Assembly: GCF_006345805.1 (NCBI RefSeq)
Contig: NC_043008.1
Coordinates: 73,656,001-73,720,000 of the forward strand
Source of the DNA: Octopus sinensis
Lineage: Eukaryota
Reading direction: 5' to 3'
DNA length: 64,000 nucleotides
The notes under the pieces were generated by a model. That model made no database searches. It was not told where the DNA came from and worked only from the letters and a program-made list of their open reading frames with translations. A program made the translations under genes and the position numbers. Positions 12,440 through 24,230 of the stretch are shown in pieces. Within the stretch, counting starts at the first letter, position 1. Each line of letters starts with the position of its first letter.

Positions 12440-12485
12440 TTTGCATGTCTGAAGATAGCAACAAAAGCCAGAAGTAACATGCAAA
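12440..12485 (+). ncRNA. Hammerhead ribozyme remnant with helix III deleted
   Basis: UUUGCAUGU-CUGAAGA-UAGC-AACAAAA-GCCA-GAA-GUA-ACAUGCAAA: 9-bp helix I, intact 5' core, A15.1 and helix III missing. Confidence 0.5.
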
Positions 12486-12732
12486 ATATATAAGCCGAAT
12501 ATTTGGAGGTGTTTTTTCTACTAAAGCTATCAAAATATACTCTATTATATCAGTTAATAAACCGCTAGCTATAGTGAATTATTTCTCCACGGGCTCGGAT
12601 TTTAATGAGCATTATTTTTAACTGACCAATTTCAGTGACACATTTTACCATCCATATTTCTATAGTTTGTGTTAAATCAACAATGCATGAACCATAGCAA
12701 ATTATTACAGAACTGTCCTTATCGTTAGCTCG

Positions 12733-13525
12733 TACGAGAGACGGTTGAAAGTTTCATAGGCTGACCAAGATACTTTCAAGGAATGTAACCAAATGAATTT
12801 ATTTTGCAACATAGTCCCCCTTCTTGTGCACACACTTCTTCCATCGGCGCTGCAGAGCTTGAATCCTGTTGGTGAAGAAGATTCCATCCTGTTTGTCAAA
12901 AATGTCATCAATATCAGATATATGACACTCGTTCCCAGCAAAGAGTTTTTATATGCTGTGAGATAGATAATAGTCAAATGGGGCCAACTCAGGAGAATAG
13001 GGATGGTGATGAACTAGTTAAAGCTACAGTCAGGCACAGCAATCATTGAAGCCAAGGACTTGTGTGCTGGAATATTGTTCTGACGAAATAAGATCACTTT
13101 CCTAACTTTTCTTGGGCGTTAGCTCTAACTAGCCTTTCGCAACTGCCTCAATAAATTGGCATAATGCACTCCATTGATTGTGTGACCCCTCTGAAGATAG
13201 TGAGTAAATACAATGTCTTTTGCATCCCCAAAAGTTTAGGCCATCTTCTTTCCTGCAGATGAAATGACCTTGGCTTTCTTTGAAGCAGATGAGGTGGGGT
13301 GTTTCTATTGCATGTATTGTTTCTGCTTGTAATTCAAAGTGATGAAGCCAACACGCATCTTGAGAAACGTTCAGAATATTCTCAACTCTCTCCCGGAATA
13401 TACTAATAGCATTGACTGCTTTATTTATAGTCAATTGTCTGTCGTTCATCAGTAGGTAGAGAACACGATCGCTTTTTTCCTTCAATGGTTGAAGTCGCAG
13501 GACGTCTACACCTTTTCTAGAGAAA
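12733..13525 (-). mobile_element. mariner-family transposon remnant (3' TIR kept, 5' truncated)
   Basis: TA-CGAGAGACGGTTGAAAGTTTCATAGGCTGACCAAGA mariner-like end; ORF 13129..13566 has DRQLTI...RERVENIL and the frameshifted FWxxKxIV region. Confidence 0.85.
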
Positions 13526-13546
13526 CATATAAAGCAACACTTGATA

Positions 13547-14515
13547 TATATGTCACAGAAAACCATAATAATATTATAACATTTATTGACATAATGAATT
13601 ATTTATCCACATGAGAGCCAAGGAAGAAACGATCCGAATGTGGGACCTCTAAGATTATGACAGCTAGGGATTTAAGGAACATTGGCCGCAAGTTACGTGG
13701 GAAACCTGGACAAACACGCAAAGCCATTTTCACCACCTCCGAACTTCCTCGTGTACCGAAAACCAACAGAAATTGCATCTTCAGGACCATGGCTTCCGTT
13801 CGAGAACACCTGAAACTACCTATTCACAGCAGTTTGAGGCTTCAATGTGCCCAAAATTACATGGTGTTAGACATAAATTGTGTTCTGTTTACTGACGAAA
13901 CCAGTGTGACCCTTGATGAACAGAACGGTTGGGAAAATAATAGGGTCTATTTTGGAGATGAGCGTCACCAACGTTTACGATGTCAACAAAAGGGTGCAGG
14001 GCTCATGATGTCGGGAACAGACTTGTTGGCCCAGTCAAGGTGCTGGAAGAGGTTAAAGTGACCGAAGCTGCCTACTGCAATCTGCTGAAGGAGGTTTTGG
14101 ATCACTGGTTAGATGACATACTGCTATCACTTCTAAGGAATCTCGTATTCATGCATGGCAACACTCCCTTCCACTCTGCCGGGATTTCCCAAACATTTTT
14201 ACGGTCTAACAATATACAAGGTTAAAACTTGATGGTGTGGCCGCCAGCACCTCCGGATCTCAACCCTGTCGAAACTCTTTAGTCCATTAAAGAAGATGTT
14301 TATGCCGATGGACGCCAATTCACATCGAAATATGTCTTATGGGCAACCATCAAAGCTGCAGCAGAGGCAGTCCAACCTTCTACAATTAAGAAATTGACAG
14401 ATTCCATGACTAATAGAGTTTTTGAAGTTATCCATCGAAATGGCGCTGCTGTGGCTAAATAATTCATTGTGTCAATATATGTTATAATATTATTATGGTT
14501 TTCTTTTAAATATAT
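13547..14515 (+). mobile_element. Tc1-like transposon, defective DD34E transposase between inverted ends
   Basis: ORFs 13657..14061 (VLFTDET) and 13980..14225 (FMHGNTPFHSA), then WPPAPPDLNPVE; 49-bp IR at 13557-13605 / 14456-14504 with 2 mismatches. Confidence 0.9.
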
Positions 14516-14619
14516 ACTTGATGTAACCCTGCATATCTCACGTCTATTTTCATTCCTCCACTTCACTCTCTTTTTCATATCTTTTCTAGAATAACTATTA
14601 CTTAACTATTTTCTCACAC

Positions 14620-14661
14620 GATGAAGGGATATATAAAATATCCCAGAAACAGTTGTAAGAC
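14620..14661 (+). ncRNA. Hammerhead ribozyme remnant lacking C3-U4 and the 5' arm of helix I
   Basis: GAUGA-A-GGGAUAU-AUAAA-AUAUCCC-A-GAAAC-AGUU-GUA-AGAC: 7-bp helix II, near-palindromic helix III ACAGUUGU. Confidence 0.45.
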
Positions 14662-17087
14662 CTATTTATAAATGCTCTGAAATCTTTCACAGCCTTGGAG
14701 TTTTAACTCATTCTGTTAAATTTTTTATATGTACTTAATATATGCTTAATATGTATCATTTTTTTAAAAAAATGTCTAGATGGACTATTTTCATTCAAAC
14801 GCTATTAGCGTGGTTCACACAAAAAGTGAAGAATCTTAAATAAAAAAGAAAGGACGTTACACAGAATAAGGAAAATATAACATTTTGTTGCCATAGTGTG
14901 CAAACCGGCTGAAAAAAAAAATGAAAATCGATTCACAGAAAACTGAGAAATCTGAACTTTCCCTCCTACGCTATTAGCGTGATTGTGAGTGTAGTCCAGT
15001 CCACTAATAGTAAACAGGTATCCCGAAATAAGAGTAAACATCCCTTATAGCTATTTAGAATAGCAGAAATAACAGGTGATTTATTTACATATTTGACTTT
15101 GAGGAAACTCTTCTTTGAAATATTGGGCCTTAGCTATAATTCTGTGTTTCCTTTACCATTTAACGGTTTAGAGTTTTCTTGACTATTACGAACATAACTA
15201 ACACACTAGTAATATCCCCTTATCTTATCTACTCCCACTGATAATGATCACACCACCAAAGTAAACCAATCACCATGTATAGGAAGGACAATAACAACTA
15301 ACAAAATCTCTGACATAACTACCACCACCCCTCTGCTAACACTACTATCAGCTTGGATATAACAACCACTACCACCACCATTAAGAACAACAATTTTCCA
15401 CCTTTTATTTGGATAACTGAATATGTGTATAGAAACTAATCGTTTGAATGCTAAATACCGTTGGTCTCATTTATCATTTTTGAAGAAGGGTTGCAGACAA
15501 ATTTTTAAAAAACTCAACTATAGTACCACTATTATAGTGGCGCCACCATATCAAATGCGAATGGAATAGTAGAAATGAGGAATGTGACGTGTATGTCAAT
15601 GAAATAGAAAATGTTAAAATACAGAGGAATCTTCCCTGGTAATGAGATCGATAGCGAATATGAGATAAATATGCGGTTTCGCTAAACGTCTCGCAATTAT
15701 AATCGATAGCAACAGTGACGAAGACCATAAGAATGGTACGTGAAGAAGGAATTCCCTCCCTATAAAACATAGAATTTTAGCAGCTGGTCAGAACAACAGC
15801 AATAGGAGGGAATTGTTGAAATAACAATAGATGTCTCGTCCAAGTATGTAATTCATGAAAACTATGTATTCAAAATGCAGTAAAATCGGATGTATCAGTT
15901 TCTGTCTGGAATAAGTGTTTATTTAACTCCGATGATAATATTTAAAACTTCCAATATAAATATTAAAAGCGAACTCGAAGGGTTAAGACAGGAGTGACGG
16001 CCATAGACAGCAAAACTCAAATACGTTTCCTGAACAACGCTAGATTCATAAATTCGCAGATTTAATATTTTATATTACATCATCTATTTTACATGTCAAC
16101 AATTTTAGGTCTTGTTTCAGGTTAATAAAATGCCATGAAGCTAAAACCTGGAAAATAAATCTACCTATTTAGAGATTTTAGTGGAGATTTATAACCTAAA
16201 CCAAAAGTTGTGTCATGTAGATTTGACATTAAAAGAATCTGCTAAGCTAATTGAAAACCTAAAACATACTTAACTTAAACTGTCACTAAATTTTCAACAT
16301 TACAAACGTTACGATGAATCTTCTTTGTTAAGTTATTCATCTGATGAAAACAAAATAGACGACTTTTGTTGTAAAGTTAGAGGGAAAACATAGCTGTATT
16401 AATGGTGGGTTTAAGTAGCATTGCAAAAATTACTCTAACAATTACATGGATAAAATTAATTGTATTACTTTAGTACGGGGTTTCTGTTACTGAGTGAGAA
16501 TCACTAAAGCATATCAGCAAAATACAAACAAGCTTTGAATTGATTACTTTAGTTTGATAGTATTTACCGATAGATTGGAAAAAGTAGACGATAATAAACG
16601 GGAAATGTGTAAAGACACGTTTATAGACACCTACATAGATCAGACCACGATGAAGTGTCATTCGTAGCATTTGGTTTGTTTAGAAAAAGTGGTTGTTTTT
16701 ATTTTGGCCAGTTACAGTGTGGCAAGCATTAACACTGTGTAAACATGTTCAGTTATTCAAACATTCCATCAGTGAGAAAACAAATCTAATATAAATGTCA
16801 AAAGGTTCACAACAAACTGTTCTTACTCCTGGTAGGCTGAGAATCAATAAAGAAATGTCGTGTTAAAATTACAGGTAAACGACGGAGAAAACATTTAACT
16901 AATGACCAGCAGAACAAGTAATGGAACAAAATCTTTTAGTGAATATACTTTTAGAGTAAAACTGATAACATTTTCATTGATAAGCTGTTATATGGAGTGA
17001 AATGATACCTTTTGTGTTTTAAAGTTCATTTCATTAAATATCATCTACATTTAGTTCACCAGATGAAAAGGTTTCTTCGTCTTCTAT

Positions 17088-17350
17088 AAAGCGGCGAGCT
17101 GGTAGAATCGTTAGAGTTTTGTAAAAAACTATGTCGCAGTATTTCTTCTAGATATTTAAAATCTGTGTTTAAATCCCACACAGCAATATTTATCATCTTA
17201 GCTTTTTGCATTCTGAGTTCAAATCTTACTGACGTCAACTTCAATTTCATTCTTTCAGAAAAAAAAAATATTAGTGCCAGACATATACTGGGATCTACAT
17301 AATCAACAATTTCCCTCCCCACCAAACCATTATGCCTGTAGTAGAAAATC
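17088..17350 (+). mobile_element. Degenerate SINE
   Basis: aaagcggcgagctggtagaatcgttag head, ctgagttcaaatc B-box-like motif, cctgtagtagaaa tail as in 23974-24193. Confidence 0.65.
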
Positions 17351-17469
17351 GTCACCTCCATCTTGAAGTTTTCAATACCTTTACTATTAATTGATGCACC
17401 CCCATTTTTCTTAAATATGGGACGCACTGTCTTCAGAAAATGTAGAAATGTGTTTCACTGATTGTGTTT

Positions 17470-17790
17470 CCTTGTTTGTCGAACAGCTGGTGACGCGTGG
17501 TGGAGAGATCCAGTTATCAGCTGAGTCCATTGTGAGAAGCAACCCGCTGCCTTCTTCTGACAGGGAAGGGCAGGTAGTTTTCCTTTGTCGGGTGGTTATA
17601 GTAAAAGAAGTAGTGTGGTGAACGAGGTTGAAACGACTGAAGACAGATACTTTCTTCTGAGGCCAAGCCCTCGTAGACTTTTGCAAGTTCCACTTCAAAA
17701 ACTAAAGTGAGAGTGGAGTGTATGTTTGGTGGATGAATGTGGTGAGGATGGCCCGTGTGACACGGCTTACACTGAATATACGCCCGTTGG
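17470..17790 (+). mobile_element. Tx1/L1-like LINE ORF2 C-terminal fragment
   Basis: Translates EIQLSAESIVRSNPLP...VFLCRVVIVKEVVW, matching RIRLSAESIVKITPPP...VFIVLVAIVKECVW in ORF 33589..33915. Confidence 0.75.
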
Positions 17791-19276
17791 CCGGATTATT
17801 TTAGTGCAGTGATGCGTGCCTGAGGTGCCTTAGGTTGTCAGACTGACCATATGTTTCAACGTTGCCCCTCCTCCAAAACTCTGGCTCTGAGCCGAAATTT
17901 GAGACCATTATTATGATTATTATTATCCCAAAGCTATTACATGTTAATTTAATATGCAGGGTCACTACTATGAATTTAGTGACAACAGATTTTCTCTCAA
18001 ATCCCAAGAATCTTTCTTAGAATTTTGGCAGAATACAAGATTGCACTTTTCTGCAGATCGGCAATGCGAGTTAAAATTCCTTTACCCTCTAGTCAGATAG
18101 TAATTTAGATCTCGTACCAAGTGCACCATTTATCACTGGAATAAGTGTTGTCTTAGCTATCTACAATTTTATCATCTCTAAGTCCTGAGGAGGAATTATT
18201 TAAACAAGATGGAGGAGAAGAATTATGCATCGGCGGATAGCTTTTTTCATTTTGTTTTTCTGGTATCGGTAACAATACTAAGAAATATTTGAATAATTGT
18301 AAACTCGCCACAGTTCACACACATTTATATAGTCTTATTTTCGTCCTGCAAGTGATTGATAGCAAAGGGGTATTCTCCTCACAGAGTGCGCTCTGGGAGG
18401 TTGCCCGTATAGGCTTCAGCGGCCTGAAATCTTGATATCATTAGTTTCCTCGATGAGGTTTCGCATCTCTGAAGAGAGAAAAAAGAGAGGAGGAAGGACT
18501 CTGTAGTGCCGCTAACCTCACATAGCGTGTCCGGTGGTGGTGGGGGTAGTTTTGAGCAGTGTCAGCCTTGGATTGGGACCAAAATAAAGGACAAAATATG
18601 TGAGTGGAGCTTATCACACATGCGGTCATTATGGAGACAGTAATGTGCCTACTCAAGCCGTTGAGACCAAAATCATGAATGTGAATGAAAGAAAGTGAGT
18701 GATAGAGAAAGAGAAAGCGAGAAAACGAATGAAAGAGAGAAAAGAGTAAAAAGGTGAGAGAGAGAAAGGGGAAAGAAGGCGAAGAAAAACAGGGACGAAT
18801 AAAATTATATATGTTCCTTGGTGGGACAGGCTCGACTGATTAAGGGACATGCGCAACTTATTAATGTGAAACAACTGACAAGCAAATTTGTACTAAGACG
18901 GTAATAAAGAATATCGACCGTAAATCATCTAGACGGATGAGAATATGAACATGCAAGTATATATTTCCTTATTGCACCCGGGAAGGATACACGAAGATAG
19001 GCTTGTGCCTTAGTTCGTAGACAAAATATGAATTATACTTAGCGAAGAACTTTTACGCAATGCAGTATACAGGAAGTTTCTTTCTCTATCTTTTTTCTCT
19101 AGGGTTAGAAGAAAAAGAAAAAAAATGAATTTAGCTTAATTAATTTCAAGTCCCGAGTAATGACGTGCTGACGAGTACAAAAGGAGGGCGAAATAGTGCT
19201 ATTTTGGACTACCAGTGACGTCAACACCTTTATCCCATGAAAATGAAGGAAAAGATCAAATAATTATATAGAAATT

Positions 19277-19335
19277 GGCGCAGGCGTGGCTGTGTGTTTA
19301 AAAGCTGGCTTCCAGTTAATGGTTGTTCATTTGCA
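19277..19335 (+). mobile_element. Truncated tRNA-derived SINE head
   Basis: ggcgcaggcgtggctgtgtg...agctggcttcc matches the head of the 5298 family. Confidence 0.6.
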
Positions 19336-19409
19336 TTGTTGGATTTGTTTGGTACACACGTGTTTTCGGCTCTTCTTGTATAATGGAGGGTTGAGAGAAG
19401 TTGGGAGCG

Positions 19410-20750
19410 AGAAGTTGGGAGAAGTTGAAGTATTCTTCCCTAGAATGTGATTCATCTGAGGAGGAATTAGTTGAATACTTAGACTAGATAGACAAGGAAA
19501 TGGAGAAGAATTATGCATCGGCGGATAGAAAACAAATGGAAAAAGTGAATCTGGAAGAGTTGAGCGAGTTCAAGGGAATACTTGAAATGGAGGGGAACAA
19601 TGTGAAAGTGTTCCTCCCCCACCCACTCCCCAAAAATGTATGAAAGGACAAGGAAGAAAGAATGATTGTCTATAGAACCTGTGCCACAACAACAAAGAAA
19701 ATTGAAGTAATGTCGGAGGCACAGGTGAAAAAGGCACTAAGGTCAGTCTGCCAGGAGATAGCATACCATGCTAGGGGACGAAAATACGGAACGGTGGAGG
19801 TGCAGTTTAAGGAGATAGCAACTGCCAAACTGTTCTCGGCCACAACGATGAAGACAGATGAAGTGGTGCTTCTATCCGTGTACCTTGGGAGATGTGCTTC
19901 CAGGGCTCGAGTGGAATACATACCACCAGGAGTTGATGTAGCCTGGCTGGTCGCTGACATACAGCTGGGTATGGAGGAGGTGGTGATCCTGCAGGCTACC
20001 AGAAGGCCCCAAAGGAATTGGCGAGAATAAACCCTTGAAATGATGATGGTCGCGGAGGAGGACCTGAAAAAGATGGAAGAATATATGTTAGTGGGTGAAA
20101 CTACTTTGAAAGTTAGAGTGGTGGGAAGAATTCCGTGGTGTTATAAATGTGGCCTGAAGGGCCACATTAGAGCGTAATGCCCTTCATCACTGGAAAAGGC
20201 TAAGGAGAGTGAAAGAGTGGTAAGTGCTCCACAGCCCGTGGAAGAAAACGACATGACCATCGAGGAAGAAGAGATAAATGACAGCTGAGAGATAGCGGAG
20301 AAGAAAAGAACACGAATGAAGAGGACACATATGGTAAAGAATGAACCTCAAATCGCACCCACCCTGCCCCTACTCTCAATACCCCAACAACTCCCTACAG
20401 AAACCAATCCACCCCATGCACACAGTCTGATATAAATAAACAATTTCAAACACACAGGAGCCTCAGAGCTACCCACACCCGCCCTGTAAGGAAAAATGTT
20501 TTGATTATTATGGACAGAATAAGGAACTGGATAACAACGTAAACTCGTCGGACGGAATAGTCAAGGGGTCTGCCTGAGAACGATTATTGCGTTCTGGCGG
20601 ACCTGGATAACCTTTGGAAGGTGCATGAGTATATGGAAATCTATGACTGCGAGTAATAGTACAAAAAAATAAACACCAGCACAATGCCGGAAAGAGTAAG
20701 GTACGTGAACATTTTAAAGAAATATAATATAGACATTTTGAAAAAAGGTG
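19410..20750 (+). pseudogene. Tx1/L1-like LINE ORF1 (gag-like, CCHC knuckle), disrupted
   Basis: ORF 19662..20030 continues past a stop to CYKCGLKGHIRA*CP (C-x2-C-x4-H-x4-C); homologous to the second ORF1 at 20.84-21.34 kb. Confidence 0.75.
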
Positions 20751-20764
20751 TGAACTAATTTGCC

Positions 20765-20840
20765 CACAGTCATATGGCAGAGTGGTTAAGAGCGCGGGAT
20801 ACTAACCCCAAGATTCCGTGTTCAATTCCAGGCGTTGTGC
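20765..20840 (+). mobile_element. tRNA-like SINE head (not a functional tRNA)
   Basis: A-box-like tggcagagtgg and B-box-like gttcaattcc; no matching acceptor stem or 3' end. Confidence 0.65.
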
Positions 20841-23800
20841 CCAGAAGGAAAAAAATGAAGCATATGGAACAGAATAAAATTGAAATATGCCTAGCACCCA
20901 TATGGAAAGATATTAGTTATATAACAAGCCAGAATCAGAACAATAGAGATGGCTCGCGAGCACTCTGTCAACCCCTTGAAGACAAAAGAAGTGATGCTTC
21001 TACCAACTATATGGGGCGACGCACATCCCGTGTCAGGTTGACAGAGGTACCACCAGAGGTTCATGCCGCGTGGGTAATGGCTGCCCTGTTGTTTAACAGG
21101 GAAGATAAAATTAATATCCTGCAAGTAAGACGCCCTGCCTCCAAAAATTGGTTCGGGCAGAGCATTGCGGCCATCATTCAAGCGGCACCAAAAGACAAAG
21201 AAAGGATTCCCAATAAAGTGCTTGTGGGCGAGGACGTGGTCCTCAAAATTCATGTGGAAGGCAAAAAAGCCAGATGCTTTAAATGTGACCTAAAAGGTCA
21301 CATAAGGGTTGACTGCGATGCGGGAAAAAGGAAGAGAATGTAAAGACCCAAACTCCTGTGAATAAACATACACATGACCCCTCACAAACCCCAAAATTGC
21401 TCCCAAACCCACACACCAGCCCCAACACTAGCAAAGACACCCACTACCCCAACTGTGGTGCCCACACAAGCCCCCAAACAAGTAGTCTAAAAGTCCCAAT
21501 CCACGCACACGCCAATCCCGGCAACAACAAAAGTGCCCACCCCATCGACGTCGACGCACCTAACAGTAAAAGTGTAACTCACCCAGATGACACTATGGAA
21601 TCAATTGAGGGTGAGTACACTCTTGTTCGAGGCCCGACAAAACGAATGTTGACACAATATCCGCCCACATCCCCCACAATAACACAAAATGCATCTCAAC
21701 ATCCAACCATCCCAGAAAAACCAGAGAATAAAGGGATTTTGGTCGAGTTCGATCCAAAGGACGAGTACACTAATGGTGTGATAAGGCCATGCCTACTTAA
21801 GGCTTTAGAAGAGGCGTTGAGATTGGGCTCTGCATCCCAAATTCTAGCCGCGAGAACGGCCTTGGACCGTCACCTCAAAGCCAAAGATGAAGGATGCAGG
21901 GTTCGGGCTAAAGTACGAACATTGGACCGCGAGGGAATTAATGTTATCGGGTAGGCCAGTACGGTAAAAACCCAGCGTGGCATCGATGGCATAAACAGGT
22001 CTTTGACTGACGAAAATGAAAGTTTGGTCACAGGACAGAAGGAGATGTGTGAGGCATTTTACAAGCACTTCGTCGAGTTTTTCGGTAGGAGCGGGACGCT
22101 AGAAAATGGTGAGGCCCTTAGGAAACTTCCTAGATGGTGGCCCGCGTCTCTCGGCATGAGAAGCTGAGAACTATGAAGCGGCAATTACAGATGTGGATGT
22201 AAATGAAGCGCTATCCGAGTGCCCCAGGGATAAGTCGCCGGGTTTTATGATCTATACTATGTGTTTTACAAAAGTAGGCCAGACTTGTTCAGACACATAC
22301 TGGTCGCCGTCTACGCCAACTGGTAACAGAATGGAAGAATTCTCAGATCTGCGAACCGTTGAGTTGGGACGTTGAACAGGAAGGACCCGAGCAAGGGGGA
22401 TGCCATACGTAATTTTCTGCCCATAATACTGCTAAAAACAGAGTTAAAGGTTTTGGCTAAAGTGTTAGCAAAATGGTTGACAAGTGTCGTGGACAGACTT
22501 GTTGGGGAGGCGCAAATTTGCGCTATTCTGGGCAGGCAATTGACAACAATCTTTATTTTATACGCTACTCCTTAGAGGGTGGTGGTAAAATATCTGGCAA
22601 AGGTGTGGCAACTGTACATTTAGACTAGTCTAACACATTTGATAGTGTCCACCATCTATACCTGGCGGCGGTCCTCGGGGAGGCTGGGTTGGGCCCAACT
22701 TTCCGCGGTTGGTTTGCTGCATTGAACAGCGACATCGAGTCTATCGTCCGAATGAACGGTTGTTTTCAAAACTGTTTAAGATTGAACGCTCAATACACCA
22801 GGGATGTACCCTGTCACCGTTTTTGTATGTATTGGCTCTTGCGCCATTGCTGCGGAAGTTGAATTTGTTAGGGGGCGTGCCGAATGATCTGTGGTGTGGA
22901 AGTGGAGCCTCTATGTATGCGGATGACATTATCGTATCCGAAGAAGGGAAGCTTCCTCATGTGGAAAACGCCATCAAGGGATACGTGGCGGTTGCAGGAG
23001 CAAAGGTTAACCAGGACAAGTCGGTTGGCTTGCAACTCGGCACCTGGAAGGGCAAGTCGATGTTGTCCAAGAATGTTGTGGGGCGTTGGACGAAAGGTCC
23101 GGTTAAGTTACTAGTGGTATGGTTCGGCCCAGGCCTCCAGATAGAGAACTGGAGCGAGGTCACGAGCAGGGTTACTGCCTTAACCCATACCTGGTCTGGG
23201 CAGGCGTTATCTTTGCGTGGGAGGGCGGAGGTGGCACAGATGTCATCACCTACCGCCTGGCCATTGTGCCTTGCCCCGATTTGTGGATGAACAAGTTGGA
23301 AAGAATCCTCTTTCGCTTTTTGTAGAAGGGAGGAAAGCCACTTGTGAGGCGTTCAGTCTACAGCCAAAAACCGCTAAAGGGTGGGCTAGAGATGTCTTCG
23401 CAGAGAATTCGAAAATTCGCGTTAAGGTTGAGGTACCTTTGGTTTTACCTAGATGGGGAGCAGATGTGGTCACCGTACGTAGGGTCCTACATTCTATTGT
23501 TGACGTCCTTAACAGACATTGGTCCATGGATCAAACGAAGACCTAAGCTGAGGCATGGGCAATTGCTGTCAGGAATTCCAGCTACTCTCTTGGGCGGGAA
23601 ATACCGGAAACAAGAGTTCTACAGTAGATATCTATAGCGGGTTTGTGGAATTTATGTCAGATGATGTCCTGGCGGGAACCCTGAGCGTCGATGGAAATCA
23701 GTTGATCAGCCTGTCCAGGAGAATTTTCGAGCCGGAGTATATGGATAATTACCAGAAATTCTTGGTTTGGGGGTGCTACCGTTTGACTTTGCCTTTTCGA

Positions 23801-24230
23801 GACAAACTGTCAAGGCTCGGAAGTGCAGTCTCACCAACATGCCCGAGGTTCGGGCGGGACAGAGAAACTGTCTTGCACGCCTTCGTGGAGTGTCCGGAAT
23901 TATTAATACTGATAACTTTTGTCGAGCAACTGTTGTCAACGATGGGAAGAGTACAGCTATCGGCTGAGTCTAGTAAGGCGGTGAGGTGGCAGAGACGTTA
24001 GCACGCCGGGCGAAATGCTTAGCGGTATTTCGTCCGTCTTTACGTTCTGAGTTCAATTTCGCCGAGGTCGACTTCGCCTTTCACCCTTCCGGGTTCGATA
24101 AATTAAGTACCAGTTGCGTACTGTGGTCAATCTAATCGACTGACCGTCTCCACAAAAATTTCGGGCCTTGTGCCCTGAGTAGAAAACTATTATCAAGATT
24201 GTGCCGCCTCCTTCCCTTAACGGAAAAGAC
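20840..24230 (+). mobile_element. Tx1/L1-like LINE: ORF1 with zinc knuckle plus defective ORF2 (RT; endonuclease apparently deleted)
   Basis: CFKCDLKGHIRVDC in 20774..21343; RT motifs IHQGCTLSPFLY and MYADD in 22709..23290; C-terminal TCPRFGRDRETVLHAFVEC; many stops and frameshifts. Confidence 0.9.
23974..24193 (+). mobile_element. Young-looking full SINE inserted in the LINE
   Basis: aaggcggtgaggtggcagagacgttagcacgccgggcgaaatgcttagcgg...ggccttgtgcc; the LINE frame (SAES...IKIVPPPS) resumes on the far side. Confidence 0.9.

Noticed and set aside
15749-15812. 13-14-bp inverted repeat (aattccctccctat / ataggagggaatt) as a pre-miRNA
   Set aside because: The interior does not pair, so there is no extended stem.
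17056-17427. 123-codon minus-strand ORF
   Set aside because: Overlaps a plus-strand SINE; no protein motif.
19160-19215. CTGACGAG...CGAAA hammerhead-like motif
   Set aside because: Helix II mostly unpaired and no helix I adjacent to a cleavage triplet.
20765-20840. tRNA gene
   Set aside because: A/B-box-like motifs are present, but there is no complementary acceptor stem or proper 3' end; treated as a SINE head.
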